From assembly GCA_017546975.1 (NCBI GenBank), contig JAFYRL010000009.1:5384-69383 (forward strand): a stretch of DNA of 64,000 nt, given 5' to 3'. This document shows, piece after piece, positions 38,864 through 48,502 of the stretch; position 1 is the stretch's first letter, and the number at the start of each line of letters is the position of its first letter. The DNA comes from Alistipes sp. (GTDB lineage Bacteria > Bacteroidota > Bacteroidia > Bacteroidales > Rikenellaceae). Both the position numbers and the translations under genes were made by a program. The notes below the pieces were generated by a model. That model ran no database searches. It saw nothing but the letters and a program-made list of their open reading frames with translations, and had not been told where the DNA came from.

Positions 38864-39037
38864 ATGAAAGATAAGGTTTTAGCAGTAATGAAGGAGGCAG
38901 GTGAGCCTCTAAACGCAGGTAAGATAGCAGAGCTTAGCGGTCTTGATCGCAAAGAGGTAGATAAGGCAATGAAACAGCTAAAGGATGAGGGTGCGATTGT
39001 GTCACCTGTACGATGCAAGTGGGAGCCTGCGAAGTAG
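38864..39037 (+). CDS. 57-aa winged helix-turn-helix protein (absent from the ORF track)
   Basis: Translated by hand: [57 protein letters not shown]. Upstream GATATTTG -7-like element; downstream hairpin. Confidence 0.85.
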   Translation: MKDKVLAVMKEAGEPLNAGKIAELSGLDRKEVDKAMKQLKDEGAIVSPVRCKWEPAK

Positions 39038-39103
39038 CTTTTGTTATACAACTTCACAAGAAAGAAGTGACTGTCCATTAACTTGTTGGACAGTCACTTC
39101 TTT
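39035..39103. repeat. dispersed hairpin repeat, inverted copy of 58890-58951; probable bidirectional terminator
   Basis: GTGACTGTCCATTAACTTGTTGGACAGTCAC is the exact reverse complement of 58890-58920, and the adjoining ~30 bp is also near-identical. Confidence 0.85.
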
Positions 39104-39120
39104 TGTTTAGTCTTAACTCT

Positions 39121-39627
39121 CTATTTATTTGCCTCGCGAGCCATAATCATCAATTCAAATGGGATATGGCAGTAGCCCGTAGGGTTCTTGTCTAGGTAGT
39201 CTTGGTGGTACTCCTCGGCGGGGGAGAATGATTTCAATGGCTCAACCTCCACCATAAGCTCCTCACCTACGATTTGTTCAATATCGTGGTAGACCTCCTC
39301 AATCGTCGCAATATCATCCGCAGAGGTGTAGTAGATGCCTGTACGGTAGCGAGTACCAATATCATTACCTTGACGATTAAGCGATGTGGGGTCTATAGAG
39401 CGAAAGAACATCTCTAAGAGTAGTCGTAGCTCCACAACATCGCTATCATAACACACCTTTACCGTCTCTGCATAGCCTGTCTTATCGGTATATACCTCTT
39501 CGTAAGTTGGATTGGAAGTCTCTCCGTTGGCATATCCTGCTTCTGTTGATATAACACCTCTTATCTGTTTGAAATAGTGTTCCGTACCCCAGAAACATCC
39601 ACCTGCAAAATATATCTCTTTAATCAT
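39121..39627 (-). CDS. msrA: peptide-methionine (S)-S-oxide reductase
   Basis: FAGGCFWG, DPTSLNRQGND.G..YRTGIY, AEEYHQDYL. Confidence 0.97.
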   Translation of the reverse strand: MIKEIYFAGGCFWGTEHYFKQIRGVISTEAGYANGETSNPTYEEVYTDKTGYAETVKVCYDSDVVELRLLLEMFFRSIDPTSLNRQGNDIGTRYRTGIYYTSADDIATIEEVYHDIEQIVGEELMVEVEPLKSFSPAEEYHQDYLDKNPTGYCHIPFELMIMAREANK

Positions 39628-39629
39628 AG

Positions 39630-39929
39630 CTACTTGTTTAGTATGTGTCGTATTGCTGCTATAGGGTCATAGATAATCATGCGTTGACCCGCCCATCGCA
39701 TAATGGCTCTTATTTTATCTCGCATCTCAGGCTTATAACAATGTATTGGGCAGCGCTTACATGCTGGCTTCTTATCGCCAAACTTACACCCATCGAGTCT
39801 GCGGTGTGAGTACTCCATAAGTGCATTATACTCATCACTCAGCTCACGCATCCCCAACTTCTTACAACAATAGAGCCTAATCATCTTATCTACGACATCC
39901 TTCTCGCGTTCTATCCTCGTTTTGTTCAT
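39630..39929 (-). CDS. YgbA / nitrous oxide-stimulated promoter family protein
   Basis: REK..V.KMI.LYC, RLDGC.FG..KPACKRCPIHCYKP. Confidence 0.9.
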   Translation of the reverse strand: MNKTRIEREKDVVDKMIRLYCCKKLGMRELSDEYNALMEYSHRRLDGCKFGDKKPACKRCPIHCYKPEMRDKIRAIMRWAGQRMIIYDPIAAIRHILNK

Positions 39930-39993
39930 TGTATGCCTAATATTTTTCCGAGCAAAAATATTAAACAATTACCAAATACACAATACGAAAGCC

Positions 39994-40023
39994 AAAAAAA
40001 AGACCACACATTGCTGTGCGGTC
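39994..40023 (-). terminator. terminator after mscL
   Basis: GACCGCACA-GCAA-TGTGTGGTC followed by a T run on the minus strand. Confidence 0.75.
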
Positions 40024-40049
40024 CATAGCATTGGTGGTGGAAGATACTA

Positions 40050-40478
40050 CTACTTCTTCTCCTTTAGAAGATCACGAATCTCAGCAAGAAGAATCTCCTC
40101 CTTAGTTGGCTCTGGCTCTGGTGCAGGAGCTGGCTCAGCTGCAGCAACCTCCTCTGCCTCCTTCTTCTTTGTAATGTCAGATAGACGATTGATACCCTTG
40201 ATAAGGAAGAAGATACAGAGCGCAACAATTAGGAAGTCAAATACCTGCTGAATAAAAGCGCCATACTTCCACATTACAGGCTCAGCCTCTGTTCCAAGGT
40301 TAAGGGCAAGATCGGTGAAGTTGACCTTACCGATAAGCATACCAAGAGGTGGCATGATTACATCGTTCACAAGTGATGTAACGATCTTACCGAAAGCACC
40401 ACCGATGATAACACCGACAGCCATATCTACTACATTACCCTTAAGCGCAAAGGTCTTAAACTCCTGAATAAATCCCAT
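40050..40478 (-). CDS. mscL: large-conductance mechanosensitive channel
   Basis: [37 protein letters not shown]. Confidence 0.98.
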   Translation of the reverse strand: MGFIQEFKTFALKGNVVDMAVGVIIGGAFGKIVTSLVNDVIMPPLGMLIGKVNFTDLALNLGTEAEPVMWKYGAFIQQVFDFLIVALCIFFLIKGINRLSDITKKKEAEEVAAAEPAPAPEPEPTKEEILLAEIRDLLKEKK

Positions 40479-40541
40479 AATTCAAATTATTTAGTTTGTG
40501 TTTATATAATGCAAAGATAGTGATTTATTTGCAATATACAA

Positions 40542-41801
40542 CTATTTACCAATAATTGGTATATCGTCCCACGATGTTGTGTAGTGCGGTGAGCGGTAAT
40601 CACTACGATTTAGTGGGGCACCTCTACCCGCAGATGCTATGGTCACAGCCTCACCGCCTACCATATTATTTATACTATCTATAGCCTCCATTAGGCGATG
40701 ATGACGCTCATTATGCTCTGCCGAGAACATGGATACATGAAGCGCCTGGCGAGGAATAATCTCCGATGCTATGACACCCGCCTTCTTATATCCTATGCCA
40801 CGCACATAAATCTCTGCAAGTGCCTCACGCGCAGCACGCACAATCTCCAAAGTGCTATCCGTAGGCTCAATAAGTGGAAGGGATATGTGGCCATATTGTT
40901 GCTCCTCATCCTCATGAAAACGATTTGTTGCAGCAAATACCGTAAGTCGTCTGCAAACACTACTCTGTGTGCGTAACTTCTCGGCGGTCATTGTGGCAAA
41001 CTTAACTATCTGCTCCGATAACTCTTTAATATCGTAAATCTCTTTAGCAAAGCTACGCGAGTTACATATAGATTGCTTAGCCTCTGCTGCTGCCTCAAAG
41101 CCTATAGCCGGGATACCATTTAACTCCTGCCAAGTACGCACGCCTGTGATGCCGAGATTGCGTTGCACCCACTCTCGTGGCAGCAAACTAAAGTCGTATG
41201 CTGTAATAATCCCGCGTGCCTTAAGGCGTGGGGTGGTGCGGCGTCCAATACCCCACACATCCTCCACAGGAGTCTTTCTTAGGACCTTTTCAATATCCTC
41301 CTTGCGATGCATAAAGCAACCACCACGCAACTTTGGATAGTGTTTACAAAGCTCTGCCGCAATCTTCGCAAGGGTCTTAGTCGGGGCAACGCCAACAGAA
41401 ACGGGTATGCCCGTAAGTTGCTTGCAGCGCTTGGATAGACTCTTTGCAAAGTCATCGAAGTCCTCATTCTCCACACCTCGTAAATCGAGAAACGCCTCAT
41501 CTATGGAGTATACCTCGATATGTGGTGCGCACTCTCTAAGAATCATGCGAATACGCCTCGAAAAGTCCGAATAGAGAGCCATATTGCTTGAGAAGATAGC
41601 GACATCGTGACGCTTCACAATATCCTTAATCTTAAAGAGAGGTTCACCCATCTTTATACCCAATGCCTTAGCCTCGTTAGAGCGTGCAATGGCACATCCA
41701 TCGTTACTCGATAGCACGATAACAGGTCGTCCATTAAGTTCTGGGCGAAAGACTCGTTCACACGATACGAAGAAATTATTGCAGTCGGCAAGGGCAAACA
41801 T
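40542..41801 (-). CDS. umuC: Y-family DNA polymerase, UmuC type
   Basis: ALADCNNFFVSCER, SSNDGC.IARS, YSIDEAF, VWGIG, SPHYTTSW. Confidence 0.95.
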   Translation of the reverse strand: MFALADCNNFFVSCERVFRPELNGRPVIVLSSNDGCAIARSNEAKALGIKMGEPLFKIKDIVKRHDVAIFSSNMALYSDFSRRIRMILRECAPHIEVYSIDEAFLDLRGVENEDFDDFAKSLSKRCKQLTGIPVSVGVAPTKTLAKIAAELCKHYPKLRGGCFMHRKEDIEKVLRKTPVEDVWGIGRRTTPRLKARGIITAYDFSLLPREWVQRNLGITGVRTWQELNGIPAIGFEAAAEAKQSICNSRSFAKEIYDIKELSEQIVKFATMTAEKLRTQSSVCRRLTVFAATNRFHEDEEQQYGHISLPLIEPTDSTLEIVRAAREALAEIYVRGIGYKKAGVIASEIIPRQALHVSMFSAEHNERHHRLMEAIDSINNMVGGEAVTIASAGRGAPLNRSDYRSPHYTTSWDDIPIIGK

Positions 41802-41809
41802 TGGAGACT

Positions 41810-42223
41810 TTAGGCGCGCTTAATGATATAGGTTACCACACCCCAAATAGCAAATTCATTATCTGGAGTGATGCGTATAGGACTAAACTTAGGGTTGGCT
41901 GCAATAAGCAGTGTGTGGTCGCTATGTATCTCAACTCTCTTAACCGTGAACTCACCGTCAATAAAGCAAACCGCCGAGCAACCATTGTATGGCTCTATGC
42001 TACGATCCACAATAATAATATCACCCTCGTCCATGTCTGCCTCGACCATAGATGTGCCACCTATGCGAAAGAAGAATGTAGATGCTGGGTGGCGCACAAG
42101 TAGCTTTACAAGGTCAAGCTTCTCGCGTGGCGCCTCATCTGCTGGCGAGGGAAAACCCGCGCGTACCTCACCCAACATATCCGCCTCCAATGAGGCTGTG
42201 TCGTCTATAGCGTATGGTTTCAT
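41810..42223 (-). CDS. umuD: UmuD-type S24 autopeptidase
   Basis: RAGFPSPA cleavage site, catalytic Ser (GTSM) and Lys (FTVKR), WGVV. Confidence 0.93.
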   Translation of the reverse strand: MKPYAIDDTASLEADMLGEVRAGFPSPADEAPREKLDLVKLLVRHPASTFFFRIGGTSMVEADMDEGDIIIVDRSIEPYNGCSAVCFIDGEFTVKRVEIHSDHTLLIAANPKFSPIRITPDNEFAIWGVVTYIIKRA

Positions 42224-42846
42224 CGTGTAATCTCTTCGTTATAAATGCGTTCGTAAATAGAGCGTAGCAACTCCTTATTAGCGATAATCTGACGAAGTTC
42301 CTCAAGTCGATGAGCATTCTCCGACTCCCTAATCCAGAGCTTTAGATAACCACCATAATCATACTTCTCCTTAAGATGTTGTATTAGTCGCTCATACCCC
42401 TCATCCATATCAAGTTCGGGGTGGTTTGTGAGGGTGAATTGTATCGTGCGGCGTATGATACTCTCTGGCACAATAACTCTATCCGCCTCAGCAACTATGC
42501 AACCGTATATTGTTCGTGGTGCACGCTTCGAAGATGCTCTATGATCCTCCACAGCATCTGCCATGGTTGCTATCTGCTCACTTGTAAACCATCGTAATAG
42601 CTCTCTATCTGCAAGCACAATCTGCTTTGATGCTACATGATGATGCTCTCTGCCGTGGATAATACCTGTATCATGGTATGCCGCAATGGTGTAGACCATA
42701 TTCATATCTACATCATAGTTCTTGGCGAGTTTCAAACTCTGGCTAATTACAATGTCAGCATGATCTCTGCGGTGAGCAGCATCATGCTTATCATATATAG
42801 GAAGTATCTCCCTTTCGATATACTCTTTGAGTTCCCTTAGAATCAT
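42220..42846 (-). CDS. HD-domain phosphohydrolase
   Basis: DAAH...H, AAYHD, EDHRAS, AEADR. Confidence 0.9.
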   Translation of the reverse strand: MILRELKEYIEREILPIYDKHDAAHRRDHADIVISQSLKLAKNYDVDMNMVYTIAAYHDTGIIHGREHHHVASKQIVLADRELLRWFTSEQIATMADAVEDHRASSKRAPRTIYGCIVAEADRVIVPESIIRRTIQFTLTNHPELDMDEGYERLIQHLKEKYDYGGYLKLWIRESENAHRLEELRQIIANKELLRSIYERIYNEEITR

Positions 42847-44096
42847 CCTACAACAACCTCCACTAAATCCTCTGTCTTAAGATATTTCTGCGCCAAGCGT
42901 TGCACCTCTTCAGGTGTTATTGCAATAATCGCTGCCACACTCTCCTCGGTTGCACTATTATCAAAACCACACATGATATTCTCTATGGTTACATCGGCAA
43001 TACCAAATGGACCATCCAAGATACGAAGAATCTCACCAATCATCATATTCTTGACCATCTGCAACTCATCCTCATCCATCAATTCGTTGCGAAGTTGCTC
43101 TATCTCGAAGTATATCTCCTTAAGAGCATCATCACGATGCTCCTTATCGACCTGTGTAGCTATGGCAAGATAACCCTCACGCTCAAAGTTAACCATAGCT
43201 GCCATTACACCATAAGTGTAGCCATGCTCCTCTCTAAGGTTTTGCATAAGGCGTGAACCAAAGTAACCGCCCAACGCCGTAGCCACAACTTGCATACCAA
43301 CAAAGTCTGGATGACGGCGCTCAAAGAGCAGACGACCAATACTGATAGATGATAGTAGGGCAGTGTTATCCTCCTTGAAGATGCGATATGTAGTCTCTAC
43401 AGCAGGGAAGGTCTCGCTTCGAACCTCACCCTGAGGAAGCTCGGAAGCAATATCCTCAATAGTACTAAGCACATCATCGCTAACCCTACCACTGCAAACC
43501 ACAAAGCAGTTATCGGATGTGTATAGCTCCTTATATAAGGTAACCAAATCCTCGCGGGTGATATTATCGTATTCGCTCTCTGGACTACTCTTACCATAAG
43601 GGTGATTCTCACCAAAAAGAGCCTTGCCAAACAACTCTCTCGACTGCACCTCTATCTTCTTACGCTCAATGGTAAGTCCCTGCTTACGCTTAGAGCAGTA
43701 AATCTGCAACTCTTTGTCATTAAATGCAGGATAGAGTATTATCTCTCGTGCTACTTCAGCAGTCTTGTCGAAGAACTTTGACAATGACACAAATGATAGA
43801 TATGCATAGTCTCTATCGATATTAGCATCAAAGTTCGAACCGTAGAAGTCAAGTATCTCGGCTATCTCCTGAGCCGACTTTGAACGGCTTCCCTCACTAA
43901 GCATATTCACCGTAGCCGATGCCGTGAATGGCTTATGCTGCATCGAAGTACCAGCACGGAAGATAAAACTAAAGCGCACAACCTCAAAGTCGTTGGAGTC
44001 GAGAATATATATCTTCACTCCATTCTTTGTCGTGCGACACACTGTGCGTGGCATCTCCACGCTTTCAGGGATGATTATATCTGGTTGCTGTATCAT
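42843..44096 (-). CDS. M16 peptidase family, non-catalytic subunit
   Basis: MLSEGS...EIAE.LDFYG, LGGYFGSRLM.NLREEHGYTYG; lacks HxxEH. Confidence 0.9.
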   Translation of the reverse strand: MIQQPDIIIPESVEMPRTVCRTTKNGVKIYILDSNDFEVVRFSFIFRAGTSMQHKPFTASATVNMLSEGSRSKSAQEIAEILDFYGSNFDANIDRDYAYLSFVSLSKFFDKTAEVAREIILYPAFNDKELQIYCSKRKQGLTIERKKIEVQSRELFGKALFGENHPYGKSSPESEYDNITREDLVTLYKELYTSDNCFVVCSGRVSDDVLSTIEDIASELPQGEVRSETFPAVETTYRIFKEDNTALLSSISIGRLLFERRHPDFVGMQVVATALGGYFGSRLMQNLREEHGYTYGVMAAMVNFEREGYLAIATQVDKEHRDDALKEIYFEIEQLRNELMDEDELQMVKNMMIGEILRILDGPFGIADVTIENIMCGFDNSATEESVAAIIAITPEEVQRLAQKYLKTEDLVEVVVG

Positions 44097-45328
44097 TTTG
44101 CGCGGTAAATAAGTGTTGATGAGTTACTCTTGGTAAATATCTTATGGGCAAATTCTGCTACCTCCTCACGAGTTATCGAGCGATATATATCAGCCTCCTC
44201 ATTGATAAGCTCCAGGCGACCGATCATAGCGTAGAAGCCTAAGTTCATAGCCTTGTTCATCACATTTATCTCTCCCATAAGCATATTAGCCTCGAACTTA
44301 TTCTTGACCTTCTCCAACTCATAGTCCGAGATATATCCATGTTTCATCTTATCAAGCTCGCCCCATAGTGCCTCCTCTGCTTCAGACTCCGAGGTGTTTG
44401 ACATTAGACGACCCTTGATGATAAAGAGCCCCGCATCTATGCTACCCGTAATATAGGCATTAACAGCAGAGAAGAGTCCACGCTCCTTAATTAAATGGTT
44501 TACCAAGCGTGATGACTCACCACCAGCTAAGAGGTCCGAACATAAATCTCCCAAGAAAAACTCTCTTGATAGACGATCACCCATGTGGAAGGCAATGGTA
44601 ATATCTGTTGCTGGTACCTCGCGTTCAACCTCCAAACGGCGTGGTTCCAACTGTTCGGGCTCGGCAGGGATAGGCGCAATAACGCCGCCCACATCTTCGA
44701 TATCCTCGAAATACTCTGTAGCGAGGCGTATCATCTCATCTTCATCTATGTCTGCTGAAATAGATAGTATCGCACGCGAAGGACGATAGTGAAGGTTGTA
44801 GAAGTTATGTACATCATCTAAAGTAGCTCGCTCAATATGCTCAGGAGAGATACCTATGGTGGACCAACGGTATGGGTGTACCTTATAACATAGCTCTCTT
44901 AGCAGCATCGACTCGTCGCCATAAGGCTGATTAAGGTATCGCTGCTTAAACTCATCTATAACAACCATCTTCTCCGTTTCGCATGCCTCATAGCTTAGGT
45001 TTAGGTTACGCATACGATCACTCTCCAACCAAAGGGCTGTAGATAGGTTCTCCTTAGGTAGGGTGATATAGAAGTTGGTGTAGTCGTTATTGGTAAAGGC
45101 GTTATTCTCGCCACATGCCATCTGTACAGGCATATCGAAGTCTGGAACATTGTGCGTACCTCTGAACATTAAGTGCTCAAAGAGGTGGGCAAAGCCTGTC
45201 TTATTATCAGCCTCGTTGCGTGCTCCAACCATATACAATATGTTCACCGCTGCAAGCTTCGATGCTCTATCGCGGTTTACAAGTATTGTAAGGCCATTGT
45301 TTAGATGTGCTTCTTTATATTTTATCAT
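44093..45328 (-). CDS. M16 peptidase family, catalytic subunit
   Basis: GFAHLFEHLMF (HxxEH), NAFT..DYT, LWLESDRM. Confidence 0.94.
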   Translation of the reverse strand: MIKYKEAHLNNGLTILVNRDRASKLAAVNILYMVGARNEADNKTGFAHLFEHLMFRGTHNVPDFDMPVQMACGENNAFTNNDYTNFYITLPKENLSTALWLESDRMRNLNLSYEACETEKMVVIDEFKQRYLNQPYGDESMLLRELCYKVHPYRWSTIGISPEHIERATLDDVHNFYNLHYRPSRAILSISADIDEDEMIRLATEYFEDIEDVGGVIAPIPAEPEQLEPRRLEVEREVPATDITIAFHMGDRLSREFFLGDLCSDLLAGGESSRLVNHLIKERGLFSAVNAYITGSIDAGLFIIKGRLMSNTSESEAEEALWGELDKMKHGYISDYELEKVKNKFEANMLMGEINVMNKAMNLGFYAMIGRLELINEEADIYRSITREEVAEFAHKIFTKSNSSTLIYRAK

Positions 45329-45340
45329 ATATACTTATTT

Positions 45341-48300
45341 TTACTCAATTCTATCTATCTCACCAAGAGATATATACCATACATAACCTTCTATGTGGCT
45401 ATAGTTACCCATAGACCTGAGAAGTTCTATATACTCTGACATCTGTCTGCGGTAGGATGGTAGTTGCCTATCACCAAATTTGTAGTCAACGACAACGACT
45501 CTATCACCCTTAATCATTACTCTGTCAGGCCTACGGATGTTGCCATTAGAAATAATTGCAGCCTCGCACTTAACATCATCCCAATCGTCTGAGAACCATT
45601 CCTTAACTCTATTGTCTGATAGAATCACCGAGATCTTATCATCAAGAGCCTTAGCCTGATTCTTATCTACTATGCAATCTAACGACATGCGTCTTACCGC
45701 ACATCGCAAATCCTCCTCAGTTATAGCACCCTCAAATAGCGTATGTAGACGAATACCATTTGTTAGAGCCTTATTGTCGTTTGTAATGCCCTCCTCGATA
45801 CATCTATGCGATGGATAGCGAACCTTGAGCGTTGGTTTATTCGATGTATACTCTTCCAGAAGTATATCATTACTCTTATTCTCCGGCGTTTTGCGTCTAC
45901 ACTCTGTAGGTGTACCGAAGCTATATGCTAGAATGGCATTCTCTCCGTCAACCATCTTAGGTTTTGGAACAGGACATATACTCTTGGCTGCCTCAAGGAT
46001 TAGTGGTACTGTGGTACTGATATTCTCACCGCCACTACTTAGCGCAGGCACATACATATACAACTCCTTAGATGCGCGTGTTACTGCAACATAGAGCAAG
46101 TTAACGCCATCTATATGGCTCATAACAAGTTCTCTGTAGTACTCATCCGAGAAGTCGGAGTTCTCCATACTACTTCCATACACCACAGGGAAGTTGTCTA
46201 TATCTGCGCTCTCGTCACTATCATTTGCCTTAGCCCAGACAATAGGGCGTAACGCTGGGCGTGGTGTCATATCCCAGCGAGAGTATGGCACGATAACAAT
46301 ATCTCGCTCCAGACCCTTAGCCTTATGTATGGTGGTAATCTCTATCGTGTCATCGGTCATCTCTACGGTAATAGCCTCATTATGGCCTCGTTCATCCCAC
46401 CAATTCAAGTAATAGTGTATATCAACTACGCGCTGAGAGCTAAACGATAGTATCTGCTCATGCATAGCCTGAAGGAATGCTATAGACTCCTTGCGCTCAT
46501 GTAGCTTAAAGCGCGACACGATGCTCTCAAAGGCCTCAAGAGGCGAAAGGTGTGCAACATGGCTCAACCACTCCAACTCCTCTTCATCGAACGCATGGTC
46601 GAGAGGTAAAGGTAAAAAGCGATTATATACACCTCGCTCGATATCATTCTTTGGATCGATTGCAAGTCGCATAACCGAAATTATGAACTCCACAATATCA
46701 CAGCTCTCCAATGTTAGGGCATCTGGAGTTAGGATATTGAATCCCGATAAGCCCTGAGAGATAAACTTCTTCTCCTTATACGCAAAGAGAGTCTCGGCAA
46801 CCTTTCTTGCATCGTTGCCTCCGCGAACAAGAATCAATATATCTCGATAGCGATATCCTCGTGCTATGGCAGATTCGATAACCTCTATGAATGGAGAATC
46901 GATAACACTACCATCGTAGGCTATAACCTCAGCATAGCCTTGCCCCGCCTCACTCTTAGCTGGTATCTGTTTATGGTCGCTATAGGCACGAGCCATGATG
47001 TCATAATGAGAGGCATGAGTCTTGCTATCAATCTTTTTACTTTTTAGAGCCTTATCAAGGCATCTATTAAGATATAGATTGTCTATTTCGACAGCCTTAG
47101 ATATCAGACTATTATTAAACTCTACAATATTTAGTAGACTTCGATAGTTCTTTTGCAGATGCTCTATCGCCGTATTCTCGTCGCCGAGGTCGGTCATTGC
47201 ATCACTATTTAGCAAACGCCAATCACCACCTCGCCAGCGATAGATAGACTGTTTAATATCGCCCACGATAAATACTGAGGAGTTAGGATTTGAGGCAAGA
47301 GCCTCCTTTAGCAGTGGCAACATATTGCGCCACTCTCTAACAGAAGTATCCTGGAACTCATCTATCATATAGTGGTCATAGCGACTACCAACCTTCTCGT
47401 AGATAAATGGTGCATTACTATCATCAATAAATGAAGAGAGTAGATCTTTAGTCTTACTCAACACCATGATATTTTCTGTGGTGCATATATCATCTACTCG
47501 CTCTTGAAGGTCTGCAAGAAGTGCGAAACTGCGATAGTTGTCCTTTATGAGTTTCGCCGTGTTTATCTTCTTGATAGCATCTCCGTAACAGTCACATATC
47601 TCCTTTAGAATAGGCATAAGCTTCTCTGTTGCAGTGACAATGCGGCCATCTGCTCCACCCTTATACCACTCCGACACACTATCCACAGCCTTAAGCATCG
47701 TTGCTGTAGGCTCCTTAAGCTCGCCACTAGCATAGCGATGGAAGTTGAATACAAAACTACGACTTGCACCCTTAAACTCCTCGGCCGATACGCCATAATC
47801 CGACATTATCTTAATGGCATTATTGCCCAATGTTTTAATCTTAAGACGATAGGCATCACACTCTGACACTAAGCTATTAACAGCATCACTAAGTTTTGCC
47901 TTGTCAAGTTTAAGTTTGGTGCGTTTGGCTCCATTCTCTTTGAATAGCTCAGTACCCAACGATTTTAGGTCACCACGCATATCCCAACGATCACCCTCCT
48001 TAAGGCGATCCTCAGCAAACTCAAGAAGCCAATCTCTAAGCTTATCGTTGCTGGCAATACTCTCAATAAGTTTATCGGTACTACGCTCAAGTAGCTGGTT
48101 TGTGTCGAGCTCGATATTATAATTGAGGTCAAGGCTTAGCTCCTTGATAAACGCACGCAAGATACGCTGAAAGAAACGATCGATAGTGAGGATAGTAAAG
48201 CGCGAAAAATCATGCAAAATGCGTGTGCGAGCCTTTAGAGCACCCTCTCTAATCTGTGCTTCATTGAGGCCTAACTCGCGCGCAACATCCTTAAGGTATG

Positions 48301-48502
48301 AACTATCTCCACCAGAGGCTAATGTGTGTATTTCACGCAAGATACGCGACTTCATCTCCTCCGTTGCTTTATTTGTAAAGGTCACAGCAAGAATGTTGCG
48401 ATAGCGCTCAGGATGTTGTATAACATCACACATATATTTGAGTGTTAGCTGGTAGGTCTTACCCGAGCCTGCACTCGCACTGAGTATCTTAGCACGCTTC
48501 AT
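45341..48502 (-). CDS. addA: AddA-like UvrD helicase with C-terminal nuclease
   Basis: ASAGSGKT, TFTNKA, DEFQD, VGD.KQSIY, NYRS, TIHKAKGLE, YVAVTRA, RPDRV...VVDYK. Confidence 0.85.
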   Translation of the reverse strand: MKRAKILSASAGSGKTYQLTLKYMCDVIQHPERYRNILAVTFTNKATEEMKSRILREIHTLASGGDSSYLKDVARELGLNEAQIREGALKARTRILHDFSRFTILTIDRFFQRILRAFIKELSLDLNYNIELDTNQLLERSTDKLIESIASNDKLRDWLLEFAEDRLKEGDRWDMRGDLKSLGTELFKENGAKRTKLKLDKAKLSDAVNSLVSECDAYRLKIKTLGNNAIKIMSDYGVSAEEFKGASRSFVFNFHRYASGELKEPTATMLKAVDSVSEWYKGGADGRIVTATEKLMPILKEICDCYGDAIKKINTAKLIKDNYRSFALLADLQERVDDICTTENIMVLSKTKDLLSSFIDDSNAPFIYEKVGSRYDHYMIDEFQDTSVREWRNMLPLLKEALASNPNSSVFIVGDIKQSIYRWRGGDWRLLNSDAMTDLGDENTAIEHLQKNYRSLLNIVEFNNSLISKAVEIDNLYLNRCLDKALKSKKIDSKTHASHYDIMARAYSDHKQIPAKSEAGQGYAEVIAYDGSVIDSPFIEVIESAIARGYRYRDILILVRGGNDARKVAETLFAYKEKKFISQGLSGFNILTPDALTLESCDIVEFIISVMRLAIDPKNDIERGVYNRFLPLPLDHAFDEEELEWLSHVAHLSPLEAFESIVSRFKLHERKESIAFLQAMHEQILSFSSQRVVDIHYYLNWWDERGHNEAITVEMTDDTIEITTIHKAKGLERDIVIVPYSRWDMTPRPALRPIVWAKANDSDESADIDNFPVVYGSSMENSDFSDEYYRELVMSHIDGVNLLYVAVTRASKELYMYVPALSSGGENISTTVPLILEAAKSICPVPKPKMVDGENAILAYSFGTPTECRRKTPENKSNDILLEEYTSNKPTLKVRYPSHRCIEEGITNDNKALTNGIRLHTLFEGAITEEDLRCAVRRMSLDCIVDKNQAKALDDKISVILSDNRVKEWFSDDWDDVKCEAAIISNGNIRRPDRVMIKGDRVVVVDYKFGDRQLPSYRRQMSEYIELLRSMGNYSHIEGYVWYISLGEIDRIE

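Noticed and set aside
40100-40160. Low-complexity repeat in mscL ([13 protein letters not shown])
   Set aside because: Ordinary Pro/Ala linker before the MscL C-terminal helix.
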